From NCBI GenBank assembly GCA_046116545.1, contig CP175956.1, positions 1,089,734 through 1,153,733 on the forward strand: a stretch of 64,000 nucleotides of DNA, given 5' to 3'. This stretch comes from Candidatus Moraniibacteriota bacterium (GTDB lineage Bacteria > Patescibacteriota > Minisyncoccia > Moranbacterales > GCA-2747515). Every line of letters begins with the position of its first letter. Position 1 is the stretch's first letter. Positions 57,501 to 64,000 of this stretch are shown here, piece after piece. Made by a program: the position numbers and the translations under genes. The notes beneath the pieces are model-generated. The model saw nothing but the letters and a program-made list of their open reading frames with translations. It was not told the DNA's origin and did not search any database.

Positions 57501-57833
57501 ATCAGAACCAATATCAAAAGCCACCAACACACTACTGTACCCTGGCATTGATTGTGAATATATATCGTCCACATCACTAATCTCTCTAACCTTATCCTCC
57601 ATTGGACGTGTAACAAGCTCATAAACCTCCTCTGAAGTTGCTCCTGGAAATTCTGTATTAATACGAAATGCAGGTGCTACGATCTCTGGATTATATTGCT
57701 TAGGCATAACAACAAATCCCAACACACCAAAAGCAACAATAAAAAGTATGACTAATACACCCAATTCTTTATTGCGTATAAATACTCCTGCCAATTTTTT
57801 AAAAATATTATTTTGCATAAGATTAGTAATCAA
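54564..57833 (-). CDS. RND efflux permease (AcrB/AcrD/AcrF family)
   Basis: 'FPGATSEEV..LVT.PME', 'LGLLVDNATVVVEN', 'GIVVNNAI', 'RLLPI.LTSLTT' motifs. Confidence 0.92.
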   Translation of the reverse strand: MITNLMQNNIFKKLAGVFIRNKELGVLVILFIVAFGVLGFVVMPKQYNPEIVAPAFRINTEFPGATSEEVYELVTRPMEDKVREISDVDDIYSQSMPGYSSVLVAFDIGSDENAAKTDLVQRLRSNMDEKPLGAVDPYIEEVDTDDVPIITLALTSDKFSESSLRLFAFDLVDSLKHVKNTAKMSVHGGRTDDLSIFVDTDKLANYNIGINEVIGVIKTNNTHVLNINTDDSSHNTSIRVFGNIENKEKLEKLVINEIEGSTVRIEDVATVENGPIAIDNYVRFEKRDDSKDAVYVGIAKLGGVNATTVSKAVEKELEMLKQQNIIPSHVEIDVVRDDGNVANEEIFGLTRNLITSIVIIVIILLLFLNTRSALIVAIAIPLSLLAVFGLGMLFDQTINRITLFALILSLGLLVDNATVVVENMYRHLKMRKNENREEVITDAVAEVGSGLVMSTITTVLAFIPMAFVTGMMGPYMGPIPFFVPVAIVASLFVALTISPFIGNKLLTVEEDTKGLLNKLRAKIRKFVSSVENNYEKFIVTIFADKKKQKILLGIVGMALVISMLLPAFALVKFRMLPKADRNQFYVYIDTINNTSIEKTDDVAKQISHRMLENENIVTIQSTVGTPPVIDFNGLFKGSDARQMSNHATLKANLVHKDDRKITSEEIATSVRENLKGIGISENANIKIIEDPPGPPVLSTYQLKVQGFSRQDQEMMREIAGNLLNETKQLKGIVDIDTSRLEHSIEKTYRINTEESTRVGVSVDDVILAINATMRGVQIDLYNDSLDNEKRFSQPNFISLRAQEKDRDDVQDLSHINMRSKNGELVSLASLLQDEELPLDDVILMDGRRPTVYVGGEMSGRSVVYASMEMLKYLVTEYRLPSENAEIESWNLFGVNYIDEDGKRYSVKIGGEWELTLEVFRDMGIAFGVAIFLIYFVLVAQFKSLRVPLYVMATIPLALIGVLPGFFVLYVFNDTYFNATSMIGVIALAGIVVNNAIIYLEYVFQLKDKGENIENALTKAGKTRLLPIALTSLTTILGSLTIISDPVWEGLAWAIITGLSLSAFLTLVILPVVYKMFEEKTWNQKINEKL

Positions 57834-57845
57834 TAAAGAATAAAA

Positions 57846-58865
57846 TTATTTAACAACATGAATTTCATCACCATTCTGAATGTTATGTGCACCTGACACG
57901 ATTATATTCTCGCCCTCGCTTATTCCATCAATAATTACATTTTCATCATTCTCTGTTAAAATATTTACATTTTTCATTTCTGCTACACCTGATTTTTCTA
58001 CAAAAACAAACGTGTCATTGTATTGTTTTATAATTGATTCTTTTGGAATTCTAATTCCACTACTATCACCTACACTAAATTCAACACTAACAAATACACC
58101 TAATTCAATGTTAACATTTTCATCCAAAGCTATTTTAACCAGATTTTTTCTGGTAACTGAATTAATAACCGGACTTACAGCGATAATTTTTGCCTTATAT
58201 ATTTCATCATCATTAATCACATTTACCTGATCGCCAATTTCAAGTACTGTACCAATATTAACTGGCACATCAACTGAAACTTCTTTTTGATTCTCACCTC
58301 CAACAATATATACTATTTGACTTCCTGTCATAACAGTATCTCCATTTTTTATAAAAACTTGTGAAACAACTCCATCAAATGGTGCAACTAATCTTGATTT
58401 AGCCAATATTGCAGCAGCTTGATTGCTAGTTGCTTGCGCACCATCAACTTGCAATTTGAATTGTTCTCTTTCCTCTGGTTTAAAGTCATCCCACTTCCTC
58501 CTCGCTTTTTTTTCTTCCTCTATAGCTATCTGCAATTGTGACTGAGCTCCACTATATTGTGCATTTAATTCTGGAGAGCTAATACTTGCCAATACCTGAC
58601 CTTTTTTAACACTATCCCCCTCCACAACAAAAACATTATTAATATTTCCACCTATCTGAGCAGACAAAACAGCTTCACTAGAATTACTAACTAAGCCTCC
58701 AAAATTTTCATGATTAAAAGCTTCTTCAACACTTGCCTGAACAACTGTAATATTTTGAATATCCTCTGATTTAATTTGTGCCTGTTTTTTTGCAAAACCC
58801 AATACGATAACACTTAAAATAAAAATACCTATACAACCAAAAATTATGTTCTTCATATTATTCAA
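57846..58865 (-). CDS. RND membrane-fusion (adaptor) subunit
   Basis: N-terminal TM; lipoyl half-motifs 'VVEGDSVKKGQVL' and 'LVAPFDGVV..G..V..G'; 'IPKESI'. Confidence 0.9.
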   Translation of the reverse strand: MNNMKNIIFGCIGIFILSVIVLGFAKKQAQIKSEDIQNITVVQASVEEAFNHENFGGLVSNSSEAVLSAQIGGNINNVFVVEGDSVKKGQVLASISSPELNAQYSGAQSQLQIAIEEEKKARRKWDDFKPEEREQFKLQVDGAQATSNQAAAILAKSRLVAPFDGVVSQVFIKNGDTVMTGSQIVYIVGGENQKEVSVDVPVNIGTVLEIGDQVNVINDDEIYKAKIIAVSPVINSVTRKNLVKIALDENVNIELGVFVSVEFSVGDSSGIRIPKESIIKQYNDTFVFVEKSGVAEMKNVNILTENDENVIIDGISEGENIIVSGAHNIQNGDEIHVVK

Positions 58866-58875
58866 AAATTATAAA

Positions 58876-59175
58876 TTACTTTTTTTGTGCTGTTACTACA
58901 ATTTTAACAATTTCATCCTTCATTTTTTGTAATTCTTTCTTTTGTTTTACACCTTTACTAGCATTATCGATATACATATCCAAATGATTCTCAAGTATTG
59001 AGATGTTTGCAGATTTCAATAATCCAATAACTGCTAAATTTTGCTGAATAATATCAAAACATTTTTTATCTGAATTTCCTTCACGTTCAATATTACTTAA
59101 AATTTTATCCAAACTAGTTCGTGCCTTTTTAAGCGCTATCACAACTTTTTGCTTCTGAATATCATTTTTTGTCAT
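58876..59175 (-). CDS. CsoR/RcnR-family transcriptional repressor
   Basis: Helical 99 aa with 'C.DIIQQ..AV.G.L.SA...ILENHL' pattern; heads the RND operon. Confidence 0.8.
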   Translation of the reverse strand: MTKNDIQKQKVVIALKKARTSLDKILSNIEREGNSDKKCFDIIQQNLAVIGLLKSANISILENHLDMYIDNASKGVKQKKELQKMKDEIVKIVVTAQKK

Positions 59176-59192
59176 ATTTAAAATAAAATAAT

Positions 59193-59243
59193 TATACCTA
59201 TACCATAGGTATATATACTACAAAATTTTCTGTTTTCTGTCAA
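59193..59243 (-). promoter_or_regulatory. Promoter with CsoR-type palindromic operator
   Basis: TTGACA(59238-43)-17-TAGTAT(59215-20); perfect IR TATACCTAT-acc-ATAGGTATA (59193-59213) over the transcription start. Confidence 0.75.
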
Positions 59244-59296
59244 TAGCACAAATTTAAAAGCAACATCATTACAATGTTGCTTTTTTACAATCTCTA

Positions 59297-59569
59297 TTAA
59301 CTCACAGAGATTGTAACTGGAAATGGAATATGCATTAGAAACATTCTGACTACACTCCTGATAGCTTTTTTTGCATCTTCTTCTGACCATTTTTCATTTT
59401 CATGAAAAAATAAAAAATTATCATTATTTTTTTCATCAGGAATGATTATACAATTATCTCCAGCTGATTTAAAAATATCATGGATGCTTAAATCTGAAGG
59501 AAATCCTCTCATTATGATATTCCACGAAGCACCTTTTTTAATAGGTTCAAACTTAATATCTCCTGCCAT
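59297..59569 (-). CDS. Small hypothetical protein (90 aa)
   Basis: GGGAG SD before ATG; own promoter TTGACA(59640-45)-17-TAATAT with extended TG. Confidence 0.55.
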   Translation of the reverse strand: MAGDIKFEPIKKGASWNIIMRGFPSDLSIHDIFKSAGDNCIIIPDEKNNDNFLFFHENEKWSEEDAKKAIRSVVRMFLMHIPFPVTISVS

Positions 59570-59838
59570 ACAACATCTCCCTTTTTATAATGAACTACTT
59601 TTTTAACTTAAAATACATATTACCATACAATTCTCCATATGTCAATATCTAATTTTGTGAATCAACAGACTTCCATGATTCTCTAACTAGAAAATTTAAT
59701 AAACTTGTTACTCCAGAAACTCACCCATACCAACAAGTATCTACTTTCTATAGGGACAGCATTATTAGTATATCCATTCAATATAAAAATTATTTAGAAT
59801 TTATGTATTCATAACATTTATCACTAACTTATAAAAAC

Positions 59839-59864
59839 AACTAGACACTCTGTAATGTCCAGTT
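59839..59864. terminator. Probable intrinsic terminator
   Basis: Minus strand AACTGGACA-loop-TGTCTAGTT followed by a U-rich tail, after the stop at 59880. Confidence 0.55.
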
Positions 59865-59879
59865 ATTTTTTTCACCCTT

Positions 59880-62363
59880 TTACTTCCAATAATGTTTTTG
59901 ATCATCTTCAGAAGCTTCTTTTTGTAAAGTAACCTTGGAACGAGCTTTTACTTCTTGCTCAACCACATCTCTATCTCGTCCGTATTTTAATCTAGATAAC
60001 TCTTTAATTGGTTCTATCATATCTTTGTTTCCATCTGTAGGAAATGGTGCACTCAAATTAAATGGTGTTGTAGACACTCCATTCAATAATAACCGTCCAA
60101 AATAATTATAATTATCTACATTAACTAAATCCTTAGACGTGAATACTGGTTCAAATTGTTTTTGCAAGAACTCCGCATCTTCTGGTCCAACTCGATATAC
60201 AGCAATTGAGCCTACGTTACCAAATACAGCTTTTGAGATATCATCAGATAATTGCCCTATGAATTGATGTGCTAAGATAAGTGCCAATCTGTACTTCCGG
60301 GCTTCTGACAAAATTTGTGATATAGAATCAGTTGTTACATTTTGAAATTCATCTATATATAGGTAAAAATCTTTTCTATCTTCTTCTGCCATATCAACTC
60401 GTCCAAGTCCCGCCATAAGTAATTTACCAACAATAATCATACCTAGCAAATGACTGTTTGTTTCACCAATTTTACCTTTAGACAAATTAATAAGTAAAAT
60501 CTTTTGACCATCCATTATTTTTCTGAAATCCAATGTGCTTTTTTGTTGAGAAATAATAGGACGCATCAAATCATTTGATAAAAATGGTGTTAACTTTGAT
60601 GTAATATATGGAACCATATTAGCAAGAGCTGCTTCACCTCCAGCTTTTTCAGCTTCTTCCATCCAGAAACTCCTAACTGTTTCGTTTTTACATTTAGATA
60701 ATTTAAACTTCCGAAATTCATCATCTGCTAAAACTTTTGGTATTTCCATAAGCGTTGATCCAGAATTAGGATCGTCCATTATAAGAAGCATCGCATTACG
60801 CATATATTGCTCAAACATTGGACCACCTGTTGCCTTTAAATCATATAATTTATCAAAAATATTTATTATCTCATTTACAACGAAAGTTTTTTCTTCTGGC
60901 TTATCAACATTATATTCAAGCATGTTCAAGCCAAATGGTCTTTCAGCATCTGCTGGATCAAAATATACTACATCTTCAGCTCGCTCCTTTGGCACAGATG
61001 ATAAAATATCTTCAATTGCATCACCATGTGGATCTATGAAACAAAGTCCATTTCCATTCTTTATGTCCTGTTTTGCCATCTCCTGTGAGATTGTTGACTT
61101 ACCAGTACCAGTTTGTCCAATAATATATAAATGCCTACGACGATCGTTCTGTGCCATATAAACGTCTGTCTTAACACCACGATACTCATTTGCACCTATA
61201 AACACACCCTCCTTTGGAATATCTGTTGGCGGCGGCGCACTTCCAGATTTTAACCATTTAATTTTTGGCGTTTCAGTTGTAGAAATCGGGAAATGAAAAA
61301 TACTTGCCAATTCTTCTACACCAAGTAGCATTGCCTTATCTTCATTGAATGCTCGAAATATATAATTAAATGCCTGTTTCTTTGAATTTTTACCTACATT
61401 TTGAATTGTAAAATGATTTATCCCAGGATTCTCAAATTGTGAAAATGCATTTGACATATGCGCTAATATCTCCTCTGATCTCTCCTGAGTCTCAGCTGAT
61501 GCAACTAATCTGATATTAACCTTAAATCCAGATTTCGTTGTTTTTGATTCTATATTTTTTACAAGCTCTTGCTCTTCTGGTGTTAACTGTACAACTTTAG
61601 TTTGCTCATGATCTTTATTTGTTGCTAATGTTTTATTCACTTCTTTCATTACTCCTTTCATGATTCCACCCTGAGCATCTTTCAGCTGTTTCCCCTGTTG
61701 CATTTCATGAGCTATCTTCTTGCCCTTACTACGCCATGCCTTGCCTGCGTCCCTGAGGATGATTTGTATACTAGCACCCTCACCTGTAGACTTCAACTTA
61801 CTAAATGCATTTGTAATTTCATTCAATGGATCCGCCTCCATCATTTCATATGTTTTAATAGGCAATGAACTAGACTTGCTTAATTTAACAATGCCCATAG
61901 CAGTATAAGATCCTGGTGAAAATATTGTATAATCAGTAACCTTTTCAATCATTGAATCAGGATAATAACTATGCACCTGCTTCTCAAATGAAGATGTGAA
62001 TTTTCTTGGCACTGAAATATAAAATAAAATTTCCTCACCTTCAGCTGGATTTGAAATCTCCAAAGCTATTGTTGGTTTCCCATAAAACATTTTTTTAAAT
62101 AAAATGCTAGTATCTTTTAACTGTACAAAAGAAGCTAATAGCTGCTCCATTTCACCAATCTCTTCTTTCCACAAATCAGGATTTTGTTTATGCTGCTCTT
62201 TATCATAATTTTTCGTAACTCGTACAACCTCCAAATCTTCATTCATTGATATATTAATCAATTCTTTATAACCAAAAATACTTTTCAAGATAAGTATTGT
62301 TCCTGTTATAAAACTAATCAAGCCAAAAGCAGCTATTGTAATCATTATAAGGGTAGTTTCCAT
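59880..62363 (-). CDS. VirD4/TraG/HerA-like P-loop ATPase (CPR-type T4SS coupling-protein-like)
   Basis: N-terminal TM; 'DRRRHLYIIGQTGTGKS', 'FIDPHGD', 'LYIDEFQN', 'LSEARKYRL.L.LAHQ', 'AVFGNVGS' motifs. Confidence 0.85.
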   Translation of the reverse strand: METTLIMITIAAFGLISFITGTILILKSIFGYKELINISMNEDLEVVRVTKNYDKEQHKQNPDLWKEEIGEMEQLLASFVQLKDTSILFKKMFYGKPTIALEISNPAEGEEILFYISVPRKFTSSFEKQVHSYYPDSMIEKVTDYTIFSPGSYTAMGIVKLSKSSSLPIKTYEMMEADPLNEITNAFSKLKSTGEGASIQIILRDAGKAWRSKGKKIAHEMQQGKQLKDAQGGIMKGVMKEVNKTLATNKDHEQTKVVQLTPEEQELVKNIESKTTKSGFKVNIRLVASAETQERSEEILAHMSNAFSQFENPGINHFTIQNVGKNSKKQAFNYIFRAFNEDKAMLLGVEELASIFHFPISTTETPKIKWLKSGSAPPPTDIPKEGVFIGANEYRGVKTDVYMAQNDRRRHLYIIGQTGTGKSTISQEMAKQDIKNGNGLCFIDPHGDAIEDILSSVPKERAEDVVYFDPADAERPFGLNMLEYNVDKPEEKTFVVNEIINIFDKLYDLKATGGPMFEQYMRNAMLLIMDDPNSGSTLMEIPKVLADDEFRKFKLSKCKNETVRSFWMEEAEKAGGEAALANMVPYITSKLTPFLSNDLMRPIISQQKSTLDFRKIMDGQKILLINLSKGKIGETNSHLLGMIIVGKLLMAGLGRVDMAEEDRKDFYLYIDEFQNVTTDSISQILSEARKYRLALILAHQFIGQLSDDISKAVFGNVGSIAVYRVGPEDAEFLQKQFEPVFTSKDLVNVDNYNYFGRLLLNGVSTTPFNLSAPFPTDGNKDMIEPIKELSRLKYGRDRDVVEQEVKARSKVTLQKEASEDDQKHYWK

Positions 62364-62426
62364 ATTTTTATTTTATTTACCAATTCATAGACATATTATA
62401 TCACTTTTTATAATAAAACCAAAAAC

Positions 62427-62456
62427 AAAACCCCATGATTAATTCATGAGGTTTTA
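62427..62456. terminator. Intrinsic terminator after hup
   Basis: AAAACC.CATGA..TCATG.GGTTTT hairpin. Confidence 0.6.
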
Positions 62457-62491
62457 TTTCCATCTTTTTGTAAAATGGTATGTTCATCAAA

Positions 62492-62776
62492 CTATGCTTT
62501 AACTGCATCCTTCAAACCTTTACCAGCTTTGAACTTTGGTACAGTTGTTGCAGCGATTTGAATTTTTTCTCCTGTCTTTGGATTTACTCCTTGACGAGCT
62601 TTTCTGTCAGATGTAGAAAATGTTCCAAACCCTGTAAAAGCAACTTCATTACGAGCTTGCAATTGACTTGTTACCTCATCGATGAAAGCTTCTAGAAAAC
62701 GTTCTGTATCAGCTTTACTCATATCAGTCTTTGCAGCAACTGCAGCTACGAATGTACTTTTATTTATCTTTGCCAT
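62492..62776 (-). CDS. hup: Histone-like DNA-binding protein HU
   Basis: 'GFGTF', 'RKARQGVNPKTGEKIQI.A..VPKFKAGK.LKDAV'. Confidence 0.95.
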   Translation of the reverse strand: MAKINKSTFVAAVAAKTDMSKADTERFLEAFIDEVTSQLQARNEVAFTGFGTFSTSDRKARQGVNPKTGEKIQIAATTVPKFKAGKGLKDAVKA

Positions 62777-62940
62777 TATATTTTCACCTGCCTTTCCATT
62801 TTAAAATTTTACATGATTATTTTGCAATGTCCCTATTCTACTACGTTTTTAGTAAATAAGGCAAGTCGTGCTATCCACAACTTGCCTAAATAATACTAAT
62901 AATATATTTTTTGTCAAATATATTCCATAAATATAAAACA

Positions 62941-62968
62941 AAAAAACGCTCACATGTGAGCGTTTTTT
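62941..62968. terminator. Intrinsic terminator after rny
   Basis: AAAAAACGCTCACATGTGAGCGTTTTTT perfect palindrome. Confidence 0.8.
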
Positions 62969-62980
62969 ATTCTTCAAAGT

Positions 62981-64000
62981 TTATCTTGCATACTCAATTG
63001 AACGAGTTTCTCTGAGAAGATTTATTTTTATCTCTCCAGGATATTTCAATTCTCCTTCAATTTTGTCAGCAATTTCTCTAGCTAATTTTGAAGCTTGCAA
63101 ATCATCTATCTCTTCAGGATTTACAAATATTCTTATTTCACGACCAGCTTGAATAGCGTAACACTTTTCTACTCCATCAAAATTTCCTGTAAGTGTTTCC
63201 AACTCTTCCAATCTCTTCAAATAATTTTCAACAGTATCCTTACGCGCTCCAGGACGTGCAGCACTAAGTGCATCCGCTGCAGTAATGATATAAGACTCTG
63301 CTGTAGAATATGGATATTCTTCATGATGTGATTTCATTGCATCAATAACTTTTTGATCAATTCCAAATTTCTCCAAAATTTTAATGCCAATTTCAACATG
63401 AGTCCCTTGAACTTCATGATCAACAGCTTTTCCAATATCATGGAAAAGTCCAGCCATCTTTGCAGTTTTCACATCACAACCTAATTCAGCCGCCATTGCC
63501 CCAGAAAGGTATGATACTTCCAATGAGTGCAAAAGTACGTTTTGTTTAAAACTTGTACGATACCTAAGTCGCCCAAGCATATAAAGCAATTTTGGATTAA
63601 GTCCTGCAATCCCTACTTCATAAGCAGCCGCATCACCAGCTTCTTTAATACGATTATCTAATTCTTTCTCAGCCCACACAACTGTTTCTTCAATTTTTGC
63701 AGGATGGATTCTTCCATCTTCTATCAATTTTTCAAGTGCAACTTTTGCAACTTCTCTACGTACTGGATCAAATGATGAAAGCACAATAGAATCTGGTGTT
63801 TCATCTATAATAATTTCTACACCAGTCATTCTTTCCAAAGAACGAATATTTCGCCCTTCTCGTCCTATTATCTTACCTTTTATATCTTCATTTGGAATTG
63901 ATAATGTTGACGTCATCACCTCTGCTGCATGTGAACGAGAATATTTTTGTATAACATGTGTCATTATATCTCTAGCCTCTTTTTCTAATTCATCATGAGA
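62981..64000 (-). CDS. rny: Ribonuclease Y (5' end lies beyond the window)
   Basis: KH 'KGKIIGREGRNIR', HD 'LFHDIGKAVD', 'ADALSAARPGAR', 'YAIQAGRE', 'ELKYPGEIK'; frame open to the window edge. Confidence 0.95.
   Translation of the reverse strand, partial: SHDELEKEARDIMTHVIQKYSRSHAAEVMTSTLSIPNEDIKGKIIGREGRNIRSLERMTGVEIIIDETPDSIVLSSFDPVRREVAKVALEKLIEDGRIHPAKIEETVVWAEKELDNRIKEAGDAAAYEVGIAGLNPKLLYMLGRLRYRTSFKQNVLLHSLEVSYLSGAMAAELGCDVKTAKMAGLFHDIGKAVDHEVQGTHVEIGIKILEKFGIDQKVIDAMKSHHEEYPYSTAESYIITAADALSAARPGARKDTVENYLKRLEELETLTGNFDGVEKCYAIQAGREIRIFVNPEEIDDLQASKLAREIADKIEGELKYPGEIKINLLRETRSIEYAR

Noticed and set aside
59178-59390. 70-aa minus-strand ORF
   Set aside because: Overlaps the better-supported 90-aa ORF and runs through the CsoR promoter/operator; no SD
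59650-59830. Possible gene remnant in the intergenic gap
   Set aside because: Only short interrupted frames with no recognisable motif; cannot be supported
1-64000. Alternative genetic code 25 (TGA=Gly) as in Gracilibacteria/Absconditabacteria
   Set aside because: Gly-rich ORFs of thousands of codons are intact in code 11, and TGA ends genes at expected positions (e.g. 32804, 54564)

Overview
AT-rich bacterial chromosome segment read in genetic code 11 (long ORFs are intact and TGA is used as a stop). Gene content suggests a Patescibacteria/CPR, probably Parcubacteria-type, organism; this is inference. Almost every credible gene is on the minus strand. Housekeeping genes (yqgF, map, trmH-family, rlmH, lgt, recO, ileS with a T-box leader, argS, pyk, hup, partial rny) are interleaved with three giant secreted or surface proteins (3250, 2790 and 1878 aa). 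Also present are a pair of Cys-rich membrane-anchored lysozyme-like proteins, a CsoR-family/RND/DUF2892/rhodanese module, a stand-alone VirD4/TraG-like ATPase and two REP-like palindromes. The most striking signal is in the giant genes. Two are paralogous fibre-like adhesins with shared N- and C-terminal modules but entirely different, often phage-tail-like, cargo domains between conserved joints. All three are patchworks of two synonymous codon dialects: scaffold blocks use A/C-ending codons with reversed strand skew, while cargo cores use the local T/G-ending style. One scaffold block is a 394-bp direct repeat, apparently exact, between divergent RCC1 cassettes. This suggests a recombination- or conversion-driven cassette system for adhesin diversification (hypothesis). 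No rRNA, tRNA, CRISPR array, transposase, integrase or reverse transcriptase was recognised. Domain calls come from visual motif recognition, not database searches.
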